Position numbers and translations under genes: made by a program. From positions 10,356,001 through 10,420,000 of the forward strand of contig NC_087252.1 in the NCBI RefSeq assembly GCF_037042905.1: a stretch of DNA of 64,000 bases, given 5' to 3'. Under the pieces are notes generated by a model. It worked only from the letters and a program-made list of their open reading frames with translations, had not been told where the DNA came from and ran no database searches. This document shows, in pieces, positions 36,234 through 49,000 of the stretch; position 1 is the stretch's first letter; each line of letters opens with the position of its first letter. This DNA comes from Lytechinus pictus. Taxonomy: Eukaryota.

Positions 36234-38855
36234 ATGTACGGTATGAATAGTTGCTCGAAGATACATGTGGGCGTGTCCGCGGCCAAGGGCACCGCCTCGC
36301 GAGAGAGCGTGGCGGTTAACAGTAGAATGGAGCAGTGCTCCAATCCTTGTAACTCAGTTATATCCCCATATTTCCATGCTATTGGTGGTTATGACTATAA
36401 CTATGAAGAGAAAGAAGTAGAAGTAGAGATAAGGAGTGCGTGTGAGGTGAATTTAATCAGCGAATCAATGGCAGAGATATTGGGATTGGAGATAGTGATT
36501 GATGAGATGATGATTGAAGAAGATTACATTGAAATAATACCTAAATATGTAAACAAGAATGGTATCATTGGCCTGACTTATTTCTCACTCTTCCGTAATG
36601 GCCTAGAATTACAATTTGATGGTTTGGTTGTTGAGGATGATGCCATGACAAATGCTGGAATTATTGCTGGTGCCCCATTTATGGAGGCAAATGACCTCTC
36701 TGTTAGACCAGCTAGGCATCTGATCACATTCAGTGATGATTCTGTTTTCATATATCATAGTAACCCAAGTGGTGTCATGAGTGACAAATCTTTAGAATGC
36801 AAGAATACTCGTGTAGATCTAGATCAGTCTACTAATGATGAGATTGGTGGTGATGTTGATCCTATGCATGTGGTGTCTAGGCCAGACCCCATTGCTATAG
36901 TCCCAGGGAATAGTGAACAAGATCTTGGTGTCTACTCAGATGAGAGTCAACCGAAACTGAGTGTTGTGTCTAATGATGTCCAATCCTCCGAGTCTCAATG
37001 TTCCGCCGCTTGTGTAGAGTCCAGTGGGGTTAGTCAAAACCGGCCGAACAGGAATCTCAGTGAAGTTGTTCACATTACTCATCTAGTGCATGATGTTGTT
37101 GAGCATAGGCCTACATCTGTTATTGTGCCTGATACATCCGACAAGTTTCGTATGCCTGTCTCGAAGGCTCAGTCTCATCTATCAGGTTCTGGTTTGACCG
37201 ACGAAGAAGTGCAGTTGCCTGAGCTCGATGATTTGCACTCGCCCGTTTCGGCCCGCTCGTTGCACAAGCCCGATTCTATCGTTTCGCTGCTCATGTCCGA
37301 TTCTCACGTTTCGCTGCGCTCGCCCGATTCGTTGGATGATCAGTCATGCTTGCCTCATTCGATCGTTTCGCCGTGCTCGCATGATCCTGCAGCTGATCTG
37401 TCCAACTTAACCGATTCGGATCCACTCAACGAACGGCGCTCGTTCGTTTCGCTCGGTGACGATTTCGTGGTTGAGTTGGAGTCGAACATCTTGACATATT
37501 CACACACGACACCCCACAAACATGACACATCACAATCCTCGTACAATGACCCATATATCAGTACACGGTACTTCCAGTCACGTGACCAACCACACACTGA
37601 TAGCCTAAGAAATCTTCCTCCGGCCATTGTTCGTACCATCGAGATGACTGATAACCACCCTTGTCGCTACCCACCAGATTCTGCAGAAGTCATCCCTATG
37701 AAAGTAACCGGCGATACAGTCCTTGACTCAGAGTTGCCAAATCACGTCGCCTTTGATTCCATCCCAATGAAGGTAGCCTGTACCGCTGATGGACACGACT
37801 CTCCTTCACTAGCCCATGGTGCCCGCGACCGTGGTACTTCAGTAGAGCGAAGAGCACTTGATCACCGTCCTCCATCTTTAGCCTGTGATGGTACCCATAA
37901 TCACAGTTCTTCATCAGTGACAGTAGCCCATGTTACCCATGATTACAGCTCACCAGAGACAGTCACCCGTGGTGCCCATGGTCACAGTTCTTCAGTGACA
38001 GTAGCCCGTGATGCCTATGATCATGGTTCCTCAGAGACAGTAGCCCGTGGTGCCCATGATCACGGTTCCTCAGAGACAGTAGCCCGTGGTGCCCATGATC
38101 ACGGTTCCTCAGAGACAGTAGCCCGTGGTGCCCATGATCACGGTTCCTCAGAGACAGTAGCCCGTGGTGCCCATGATCACGGTTCCTCAGAGACAGTAGC
38201 CCGTGGTGCCCATGATCACGGTTCCTCAGAGACAGTAGCCCGTGGTGCCCATGATCACGGTTCTTCAGTGACAGTAGCCCGTGGTGCCCATGATCACGGT
38301 TCCTCAGTGACAGTAGCCCGTGGTGCCCATGATCACGGTTCACCTACCTCGAGAGCCCATGGTTCCTTTGATGCTGACCTTCTGATGACAGCCAGCCCTA
38401 CCGACCATCCTCAACTGACAGCCTGCAGTTTCACTGACCCTCCAGGGCCCCAAGCTGATGACGGCATACTTATGTTACCGGCCCCTACTCCATTTGCCAT
38501 TCCTCAGCTGAGTAGTCCCACACCCATCCCTCCTGACATCCCTGAATGTTCTAGTAAGGTGCATCTGCCCCTGTCTCACAAAGACGGTAGCCCAACCATA
38601 ATTCCCAATCTTTCCCAACCCACAGGTTCCAGTCCCCATACGGCATCCCATATCTTTCAGTCAGGTATCACCCCCGATATCCCAGCAGCAGATGATGACT
38701 ACCCGATCCAGCCTTGCCTGTTTACCACAGCCCATGACCACCCTCCAGAATTTTCCCCTCTCGTACGAAAAGCCCTGGACTTTCATTCCCCTGCCCCATT
38801 GCTAGTCATCCCTTTAGACCCCCCATCTACCCCACATATGATTTGTGCTTATTAG
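36234..38855 (+). CDS. 873-aa protein: retropepsin-like domain lacking the catalytic Asp, plus S/D/P/H-rich region with 13-aa repeats
   Basis: VEIRSACEVNLISESMAEILGL...FDGLVVE...IIAGAPFMEANDLSVRPA resembles Gypsy aspartic proteases (xDSGAxxNxI...ILAGxPF); uninterrupted ORF. Confidence 0.75.
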   Translation: MYGMNSCSKIHVGVSAAKGTASRESVAVNSRMEQCSNPCNSVISPYFHAIGGYDYNYEEKEVEVEIRSACEVNLISESMAEILGLEIVIDEMMIEEDYIEIIPKYVNKNGIIGLTYFSLFRNGLELQFDGLVVEDDAMTNAGIIAGAPFMEANDLSVRPARHLITFSDDSVFIYHSNPSGVMSDKSLECKNTRVDLDQSTNDEIGGDVDPMHVVSRPDPIAIVPGNSEQDLGVYSDESQPKLSVVSNDVQSSESQCSAACVESSGVSQNRPNRNLSEVVHITHLVHDVVEHRPTSVIVPDTSDKFRMPVSKAQSHLSGSGLTDEEVQLPELDDLHSPVSARSLHKPDSIVSLLMSDSHVSLRSPDSLDDQSCLPHSIVSPCSHDPAADLSNLTDSDPLNERRSFVSLGDDFVVELESNILTYSHTTPHKHDTSQSSYNDPYISTRYFQSRDQPHTDSLRNLPPAIVRTIEMTDNHPCRYPPDSAEVIPMKVTGDTVLDSELPNHVAFDSIPMKVACTADGHDSPSLAHGARDRGTSVERRALDHRPPSLACDGTHNHSSSSVTVAHVTHDYSSPETVTRGAHGHSSSVTVARDAYDHGSSETVARGAHDHGSSETVARGAHDHGSSETVARGAHDHGSSETVARGAHDHGSSETVARGAHDHGSSETVARGAHDHGSSVTVARGAHDHGSSVTVARGAHDHGSPTSRAHGSFDADLLMTASPTDHPQLTACSFTDPPGPQADDGILMLPAPTPFAIPQLSSPTPIPPDIPECSSKVHLPLSHKDGSPTIIPNLSQPTGSSPHTASHIFQSGITPDIPAADDDYPIQPCLFTTAHDHPPEFSPLVRKALDFHSPAPLLVIPLDPPSTPHMICAY
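37920..38365 (+). repeat. 39-bp coding minisatellite (VARGAHDHGSSET), about 11 units
   Basis: GCCCGTGGTGCCCATGATCACGGTTCCTCAGAGACAGTA repeated in tandem. Confidence 0.95.
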
Positions 38856-41800
38856 GACTGGATCTTCCATGTTGTATGTGTTGACTTTTTGCATGTACAT
38901 TTTTCAGGTTGTACTACATTAAACTGCTGTTTACCCTGATGTTGTGTTTTTTTTCTGGCTTCATTGTGTTTGATTATATACAATGTACTTTTTCATTCCT
39001 TTTTTTCTTTTTAACGTGTATTTTACACTAATTAGAGTTAACTGTTGATTCATGTTTTAGATAATCGCTGGGTTTAGGATGTGACTTTTTCATTGTTTGT
39101 AGATATGTGAGTTAGTGTATTTGATATTTGCTCACTTGTTTATTACATTGGAGGTAGACAGTGTGCAGCTAGATATTAATGTTTGAAGAGTTGACTGGAC
39201 TGGAATGTCTGAAATGGTTGTTTCAGGAATGAGAGTAAGGTGCAAGAATGTACCATGATGCAGGTTATGTGTTCTTATGAAGTGAAGGTTGGATGAAGAG
39301 ATAGAGTGAAGAGGTAGAGGCTAAGGTGCAAGTATGTAGCATGATGCAGGTTGTTATGTGTTCCAATGAAGTGAAGGTGGTGGGGTGAAGAGATAGAGTG
39401 ATGAGGTAGAGTGATGAAGAGATTACTACTTATTATTTGAATTGTAAATGACAGCTGATGTTAAATGAGAGGTAGCAAAACTCATGTTTGATTGTATTGT
39501 TTATATTGCTTACACCATACAGTTTAATAATGGAGTAGTGTTTTGATAGTTTATTGACAGGTAATCATTGGTACAAATGTAGTCCTCGATGGTTTAGTTA
39601 TTGCCTTTTTGCCTCACATTTAATGTTTTGATTACTTACTATAGACATTTGTTTATTGATGCATATCATATCCTCATCTCATTCTTACTAAATAATTGTT
39701 TATCGTCATACCTGTCATGTATGTGGTATTGTTGCTTTATTATCAATTTGGTGTAGGCATTGGGAATAAATTTTATCCCCCTTTGCTTGTGAGATATTGT
39801 TTGTATTTGACTTTAACAGTGCATTTTTGTAAATATATTTGTATGTCAATTGATAGGCAGGATTTATAATGTATGCAGACAATTTTATCATTTGAAAGTT
39901 TCTTGCTCTTCATGGATACGACTTTGATTGGAGTTTCATATAGCTTCATTTATCCTTTTTGAGTATCATTGTGGTATTTTATTTTTGTGTTTTATTATTT
40001 TAGCAGACTTGTCCCATTCACCATCTTTTAGTGGATATTAAGGAGATAAAGAACGAATGTCAAATGATTTGTATGTGTCGTTTAAAGCTGCTTAGGTATG
40101 AAGATTTGAAATGTGTATTTTTGGATGATTGCTTAAGTTTAGTGGGACCCTTTTATGCAAATTATATGCAAGTAGAAATGATTTGTGTCTTGAAAAACAT
40201 TTTATTGGTTTTCAGTTTGTAGATGATTTAAGTGTTGAAAGGCAATTTGATATTCTATGCTGTAAAGTGAAAGTAAAACAAATGAGGTCTGTTTCACAAT
40301 TTTAGGTATGTTAATGGATTAGTAGGTGTTACATAGAATCGTTTTATGTTAGATTTCGTAGAGTTGTTTTTGTTACATTGGTTGGATAGTTACTTTCAAT
40401 ATTGAGGGAGAAGAAAATATGAAGGAAAAATGAGTCACGCCAAGGTGTTTATTATGAATGTTGACGTGCATTGTCGCTACATTGTACAGCGCGCGGATAT
40501 CCGTTTATCCGGCCTCTTGGCCGTGTTGTTAATAAACCACACACTCCCACTCAATACTCCGTCTGGTAAATTATCTTTATTAATACTAATTACTGGCGGT
40601 TGATGTTTGATGAAAACAATTAAACAAAATAATAGTCATAGAACTTTTGTGTTCCACGTCACAGATATAATCTCTTAAGACCTGCCTTGAAATTGTGTTT
40701 CGTTTGTGCCGCTTGAATATTTGTGGGTAACGAGTTCCAAATACTGGCGCCTCTGATACATAAACATGCGCTTTGCAGATTCATTCTTTATTTGCATTAT
40801 TTCCACATTGAGATTCCCACTTATTGTGTTATGTGATCTTTCTTTAAGGGAAAATCTATTGATTAGGTATGAAGGGGCTAAGTTATTGAGTATATTGAAC
40901 ATCATTTGTGCAACACTTCTTTCCTTTTCTTTTCAAGTGTATCCCATTTTAGTTCACTTAGATTATCGTTTCCTGACGAATCCCAGGGTGTGTATTATTG
41001 ATAACGCGAGCTGCCCGATTTTGAATCTTTTGGAGGCTATCTTTTAGACATATCCCATACTACATCACAATATGATAGATGAGATGAAAGATTAATATCA
41101 TTGTATCCTTGTCAACCATGCTTCGTATCGATTTTAGCATAAACAAACCGCTACTACATTTTCTTCTATACATTTTGATTGTGTTTTATCCACTGGGTAA
41201 CTCTTGTTAGGGGGGTTCCATCAATGTTAGTATTTAGCGATTTATCTTTGAATAGTTTCAATCGATTTCTAGTTCCTAGAACAATATAATTCAGTTTTAT
41301 TGATATTCAAACTAAGCTTATTGTGATCAAGCCATCGTTTCACATTTTGCAAATCTTCATTGATTTCGTTTTCTAGATCAGAGTAGTTGTTACTTGCATA
41401 TAAAATAGCGTCATCTGCATACATACTTATTTTGCAATTTCTAAGAACTGAAGGCAAATCATTTATATGTAAAATTAAAAGAAGCGGCCCTAAAATAGAC
41501 CCTTGAGGGATTCCAGATTTAATGGGTTATAATGTAGATCAGATGATTTACCATGTACTGTCGTTTTCTGGCATCTTCCATATAAGTAACTTTTAAACCA
41601 TGATAGATCCCCAATTCCATTTTGTTTTAATTTTTGGATAAGCAATTCGAAATCAACCGTGTCTAATGCCTTTTTAAGTCTAGTATGACAGAGCATACTA
41701 CTTTGCCTTCATCAAAGCTTTTTAACCATTCATCTGTTGTATTGAGTAATGCAGTTGCTGTAGAATGTAAGTGCCGAAAGCCAGACTGGCATTAATCAAG

Positions 41801-42894
41801 TTGTTCCTGTTTAAGTATTCATACGATTGATCAAACACTATACGCTCTAGTATTTTAGATGAAATCTGTAATATCGAAATTGGTCTGAAATTAGAAGGTT
41901 CATTTGTACCGCCTTTATGTAAGGCACTAACTCTTGCCTTTTTCCACTCCGTACACATGCAGTTAAGTAATAGACATATTTATAATATGTGCCAAGGGTT
42001 CAGTTATATATGTTATCGCTATTTTTGTATGTTTCATTGGTATCATATCACATCCTGTCGCTTTGCCACTAGACATTTTCAATAATTATTTCTTTATTTC
42101 GCTTATAGTTACTGGGACAAGTTGAAAGATATAGACTAACGAGTGCGGGTGAAATTGCATTGCATTATTATTTTCATTTGCAGTCCCTGTGCTGTCGATG
42201 GTATCGGCAAGTCTAGGGCATGTGTTCTTCGCATTCCCTTTTGAATCTTTAATTTTTTTTTGGAATTTTTTACGTTTGTTTTGCTTTATTTTGTAAGTGA
42301 CATCATTTTTACTCTTTCTATAAACTTTCCAATTTGCGCGAGTACGCTTTCGAGTCGCTTGATCTTTCAATTTGTCTCGTTTACGAATTAGATCAATAAT
42401 TTCAGCATTTATCCAAGGTTTTCGGTGTTTCTTAATACGGCTTTTCCTAATAGGGGCATGAAGATTACACAATGAAGAAAATATCGTTTGGAATTGATGA
42501 AGAGAATGATTAATATCACTACGTGTGTATACACTTTGCCAATCGATGGCTTGTAGATCAAAGGAGAAAATATTTTCATCGAAATTCTTATAAGTTCTAT
42601 AGGTTCTATAAACATGCCTTGGAGATGGTTTCCGGATTTTACCCCATTCGATATAAACAAGTGAGTGGTCGCTCATTCCTATGTGAAGGACGCCACTTTC
42701 GACAACTTTCATACAGTTAGAGGTATAAAATAAATCAATGAGGGTAGATGAATTGAGGGTTACCCTTTTTGGTTCGTCTTATCGTCTATCACTTGAGTAA
42801 GACAATAATTTTGGCAAATATCAAGTCATCGTTTTGTATAACAAGACAATGGGTATCCATTGATATCACAATTAAAATCTCCTACAAATATGAC

Positions 42895-43084
42895 CAGGGG
42901 CGGATCGAGAAAAGGGGGAGCAAATTTTTCGGAGGAAACTTTTGACACGCAAAAAAAAAAATTAACCACAAATTAAGAATATTTCGTACCCGAAAAATAT
43001 TGACAAGCAAAAAAAAAAAAGTTTTTCAACCACAAATGAAGGATAGTTCGTACCACCCCCCCCCCCCCCCCGGATCCGCCAGTG
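42895..43084. mobile_element. hAT-like MITE in the LINE endonuclease region
   Basis: CAGGGGCGGATC...GATCCGCCAGTG with 8-bp TSD AATATGAC at 42887-42894 and 43085-43092. Confidence 0.85.
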
Positions 43085-46000
43085 AATATGACATCCTTTT
43101 GTTCTTCATCACTGGTTTTTGATAGAACGTTCTCAATAACACCAAACACTTCAATGCTTGATCCAGGTGGTCTATACCATGCCAAAACAATTATAGACGA
43201 TGAAGTTTGTTGTTTTACTTCTTATAGCTATAAGTTCAATATCCTTGTTTATAAGATCGGGTCTGAATTTGTGGTTAAGCCTATTTTCATTGACGTATAC
43301 TGCAACTCCTCCAACTTTGTTATTCCGATCTTTTCTATAAATACCAAAGTCTTGAATGCATAACTGTTCATCATTTATATCACTGCTTAATCTAGTTTCA
43401 TTCAATGCAATCAGGTCTTCAATCATAAGTTGGTTGTCGATGTTTGGTAATAAAGTTCTTATATTTGACTGTGCTATTCTAAAGCCATGCTTCTTTTCCT
43501 TTATATGGCACGATCTTATTTCTGTCTGACATTTGTTCAGAGAGATTCCATCGTCGGGTTCGTAGTGTGGAAATATCTCATTATCCATATGTTCCTCAGG
43601 ATCATTGTGAGTGTTATCTTCAACGGAATTACTTCTCTGAGCGGGTTGTTGTGGTGGATTTTTGTTTGGTTATCTGTTGGTGTCTGGGGTTCAAGAGCTT
43701 CCTCGCCGTGGACAGACAATCTACCCAGTCTCTCGGAAATTCTCTGCTTGCTGCTAGCTGCTTTGCGTCGAGACCTCGGATAAAACTCATTCCACGGAAA
43801 AGGGGGCTGGTTCATCCGATTTCATTGTTCAGGTTCGACTGAAAAGTAATTAACTTCTAGGATAGGAAGCTAATTTTAGATCAGCTTTTGAGCGTGGGAT
43901 CTCGCTATTAGAGGTGGGAAAACACTGGGAATGCATCTTCATAGGTTTGTGACGAGTTACGCAGGAATCGTATGATGTTTTCCGCGAATGTGATTATTCC
44001 CCGCCGATTGAGGTGTACGCTATCTGCGTTCAGATGGAGGACAGGGTCGATATTACTGTTGTCAATAGCCGACCAATCAGGCTGATTGGCTGAAAGTTTA
44101 ATTGTGCCATTTACCTCCTCAACTTTAGCGCGTTGACGATTCGTCTCATTTAACCTATGTATAATTGTTGATACAGCGATTGATTTTAGGCCAGGAACCT
44201 GATGGACTTGATCAAGAAGTGAGAATGTCTTGGCAATTATTTCATCAGTCTCGTCACTTTTTAAGTTGTTCGTCCTGAGATGTACGATTACTCCGCTGAC
44301 TTCGCATTGATGTGCCAGATTACATCCATCCATGGATCGAGCTATCTGTGTTTTATAGCCCCATGATGCATCACTGCATGCGTCTTCTATTTTGGCTCCA
44401 TTCAGAGTTTTACAGATTACTTTTTTTTCCTTCGTTATAGTTTAGATGGTCTGATCTGTTTTGTCATTGAATCTCCGATGATTAGCACGTCTGCTTTCAT
44501 TGGAGTCATTGTTAGGGTAGACTTATCATGGTGTTCAATATAATTATTATGGTCATTGGGCTTTCAATGTTAGACGTTCGTTTTTCATCACAGTGTCTAT
44601 TGTAGTGTCAATGTTAGTGTTGGGAGAAGCATTATCATTTGCTCCGATTCGACTGTTTTCCGTCATATTTGTTTGATTTTGTATTCATCGAGTTGATCTT
44701 GTAGGGGAACGTTGAAAGTTTGGGGTAGTTTGAAGACTAGGTCTTCCATCATATTAACGATCGTTAATTTGCATTCTTTATCTCTTTTGTTTGTATTCTC
44801 GGCTTTAGCGGGAGTATCCATTGACTTCGAGTTCACATCTATTTTATAATGCTGGTCGTCCAATCTAGATATAATGTCAATGATTGCAGATTCCTGTGAT
44901 TGCATTTTATTTGGCAAATTCATGCAATTTTCACAAACTACATTGTTACTGTTTGTTACCTCTATTTTTACATATCAAGCAGCTTCCAAAGTCAATGTTT
45001 TTCAGAGAATGAACGTCCCATTTCGTGGCATAGTTGACTTCATGTGTTACCTCTTCATGCTCACTATGAACCAAAATAAAATGGCGGCAGATTGTACGAT
45101 TCAAGTTCGGGTAAACGTTCACCAGGTTATTTTCAACAATTTCATTGTCTATGTCTATAGCAAAACCAATGCTCGAAATTGTTATTCCTTTAGGGAGGTT
45201 TAAATGAAAATTAGTTTGTACCTGGGTTGCCTTTACATTTGTTGTGGTAACACTGGGCGCCATATTGCTTCTAGAACATAAGGCTGTATAATATCACGCA
45301 ATATTGACTATTCCAAAGAATAAAACAAATTCCAGGTTGATGTTTCCAACAAACATACAGAGTAAAGTACCATCCACATAAAATAATCAGGACACAAACG
45401 AGTTTCTCCTGGGTCATGTTTGAAGAAGTTTATTGCGACGATCAAAGAAGACCAGCAGAGTATTCAGATTGTATACGAATATTATGAACAACGTGGATTA
45501 CACGGAACATCCCCTACCCAGACAGATTATAAGAAATTAACTTTCCGCGAATTATACCTCAAAACTGATAACCCTTTAAACGTAAGATTTTTATATAAAT
45601 TCTGAACTAACTAAAAACAAATCAAGACAGACTTTATTTCCATTTTTTTTTTAACTACAAAAATACAATCACATATCAATAGCTATGTCAACAATTAGAT
45701 TAAAAAGGGGGAACTGAAGTGTAAAAATATGCATTTTTACATAAAAGAAAGGTTATTCAAAATATATGCAGATTTATTGGATTGAAAATGGTGTATGGGC
45801 AAAGCCAAGGTATATGTATATGGCTTATTTGAACGCCAAAACTGCATACGAATTATTACTAAAGTACATCTCTGATTTCTTGTCAACAAATTATTAATAA
45901 ATCTTGACAACAAAAACTAATCATATCATTAAAAAAAAACAATAATAATGATTTAGGTTTGTTATCATAAGTTATGAACTTCTTTAAAATTACTTGTTGT

Positions 46001-49000
46001 TAAAGCAGTTACGAACCAATAGCGCCATGTTTGGTCAACTATCATTTGGGAATATTTCATGCTGACATCAATATGCATGCTCGCCAGAGGTCAAAAGAAC
46101 GGTGGGGCACGTGTGTGACACTTTGGAGTCACACACGTGACCCACTTCTTTTGACCTCTGACCTTGAACATGCACATTGTTGTCACCAATAAATATTTCC
46201 AAAATGATAATTGACCAACATGTTACTTTCATATAAAATCGAATTGCTAAATCTATAACCTGAGAGTTATAACAAATGAAAGTCAAGATTTTTCATAATT
46301 TTGGTCACACACATGACCAAGAATGACACATAAGATGTGTGTGTGTGTGAGAGAGAGAGGGTACGTGTGTATGTGTGTAGGCCTACGAAACATAATAGCC
46401 TACTTCTGTATGTTAATTCTCCAATTTAGGGTCGCAGGGGCCTATTAACATTGGGAGGGCGACAGATATTCTTTCGAGCCAACCCATTATCAATTTTGGT
46501 TTATTTTGATATGGTTGATTGACTATCCATTTATGGTATTTACTGAACTTCCTTTTTCCCAAACTCGGAAGAAATATCACCAACTTTGGAATTAACTATA
46601 TTTTGATTGGCGGAATGATCGGGGGGGGGGCTATATTACTGTTTCAGGCGATGAATTTTATCCCTCAGGAGATTCCTTTATAAATGCCAATTCATTTTAT
46701 TGTAGCCGCATTGTGATCGAGTGCAACGTGATTAGATTGTGGGTCATTATTTCGCTTTTTTTAAGAAATAAAAAACTATAAATGGAAATGAAATAAAAAA
46801 TTCTGCCCAAAATTACCATGTGAGGGAGACATTTCGTTTTCTGCCTTGGTTTTCTGCCCAACTAGCTATAGCTCGCTAACACAGCAAACCACACAGCAGG
46901 ATGAATTACGAATTGACGTCTTGTCTTGACTTTGACTTGGATTTATTTTAGAATTAATACATCTGCTTTTTTTTCCTGTTACAAGTGTATGCCAAAATCG
47001 TTGGACCGCGTTTGTTTGTTTATTATCATCAATATTGGTAAGTTTATATTGGTCTTTTGAATGCAGATCCACACTAGATCAAGTCTTTGATTGAAATTGG
47101 TATTCCCGCCCGTCCCAAGCCCCACATGTATGTTTTTCTGTTAGTGTAACTCTTGAAATGCACAATGTTGCTTGGCGACTAACCCAGGGGGCTCCCGCCC
47201 GCCGCGTATTTGGCCATTGTCACCGGACTAGGGTGATTTATGGTCTAAATGGTCTGGGGAGTAAAAGTCATCTACTAAGTCGTAGGATTACTCCCGCATG
47301 AAGCCCACTCTAGGCGACACCCCAAATCCCAATACTTACCCGTGCTAATAAACTGGGACTCCACTCACGCGCGTTTGGGCCTCCCTAGCTTAGAACTAAG
47401 CACTAATATCACCTTAAAAACTAAATCTACAAGGTATGTATAATCTATTTAAAACTTTAATAATGTTTAATCGGTACTCACCGGTTCTTTTGTTGCATTT
47501 TCAGACCATTTCTCACAATTCTTCGTAAATATTTGCGGCAAATTTTGTCGCCATAGACAGCTTAGCATCCATCTTTATTGATAAATGGAGCGCCCTTTAC
47601 GATAGTTGTTAATGCCGCGGAGAAATTGTTAGGCATTTTGGCCTGTGTTCAAGGCGTTCTTTCTGTTTTATTTTTTATATTGAAGATTGTGCATTTGTTG
47701 AATAGCGCCGTCTACGTCAGGTATGAGATCGAGTGTATAAATACACTCTTCCAAAATAATTATGATTCCGACCTGGCGCTGTTTAACTTCAATCTCTTTC
47801 ACCTAAATTAGCGATGAATGCTAGCATTATAAAATATATATTATTAACGTCTGACGAAAAGAATAACCAACCGATCAGCTGACGAGAACGCGAATCACGT
47901 GATCTTCATATCAGCTTCGATCGCGAGTCAGAAGAGAAGAGCAGCTGCCCAGAAAATCAGGAAAAAGCCGTGAAAATGTAAGTTCCCCTTCATTTCTTTC
48001 ATTTTTTGTTGTTGCTAACGATGCATTTACACTATAAAATTATAATTTAAATAAGAGAAAGGAATATAGCTTGTACTTGTGATATAATATATAAATATCC
48101 TGTTCTCAGAGATTTCTAACCAAAAATACTACTGATGTCGCCTATGAGGTCCATACATGTAATGTTGGACCTCATTGGTACTAGGAGTGCATGAAGCCTG
48201 GCGCGGCCGTATATTATAGGCTTCCACACACCAAAGAAAAAGGCAACTATAAAAATACGCCAAACTGCTAGTTAATTTATGTTTAGAATCTGATTCTGAG
48301 GTTAACAATATTCACTTCTGTACATGGCCATGGGTAAACTAAAAATATCGGTTTGCAACGTTTTGCCGAAAACACTCACAGAGCTGCCAACCATTATTAC
48401 GTTTTTGCCGTAATCATTACGTTTTTTCATTCAAATTAAGGCATTATGGTTTTTCTTTTCAAATTACGTTTTTTGACAATTTTGATGTGTGTACATAATT
48501 GTATGTATGTGGAGTGCGTGTTGAGCCCGAGATGAGCCTGGTACTTGCGCGTGCGTAGTCGCCCGCCGGCCGGTTTTCCAACGCACTTTAATAATTTGAT
48601 AGCGTGCACGTACATATACGTTAGTTGAATATGCGAGCGGCATGCATGGTACGAATCGCGATGTATAGCGACTGGTAAATACGTCTGTAAGGATGATGAC
48701 GTCATCCAAGATGGCAACTTACGATGACAAACGAAAGGATCGAGGATGATTATGTTTGATCATCATTTGAAAGGAAATAACAGTAACTGCGGTCTAAGGT
48801 ACGATATTTCTTAATTTGATATATGTTATCTTAAATTTGCATGTAATTTCTTTCCTATAAAGTGATGTTTTATGTACAAAAAAACGATCTGAAAATCAGA
48901 TTTCCGCCGAATGTTAGATCTAACGTTACTGCGTTGTCTTTACGCACGGGCCAACACTCTTCAGGTGAGTGGAGCCAACGTTTGTTTGTGCAGCGCAGAG

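Larger units (their letters stand above)
35914..40598 (+). mobile_element. Non-autonomous Gypsy-derived LTR retroelement
   Basis: 161-bp direct repeats at 35914-36074 and 40438-40598 with one visible mismatch; PBS TGGTGGCAGC (tRNA-Leu 3' complement) at 36075; purine tract before the 3' LTR; no RT/RNase H/integrase motifs seen. Confidence 0.85.
34425..45420 (-). mobile_element. Near full-length degenerate CR1-type LINE with SGNH-esterase ORF1, split by three insertions
   Basis: ORF1 motifs LIIGDS, VHLRTNN, DSVHLN (43908-44500); ORF2 fragments NIRTL, WYRPP, MSDHS, NFRPIS, MYADD (40675-43590); CR1/L2-like 3' end with AATAAA and ATC-type tail near 34425-34510. Confidence 0.8.

Noticed and set aside
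37963..38343. Antisense repeat ORF (NRDHGHHGLLSL)
   Set aside because: By-product of the 39-bp minisatellite
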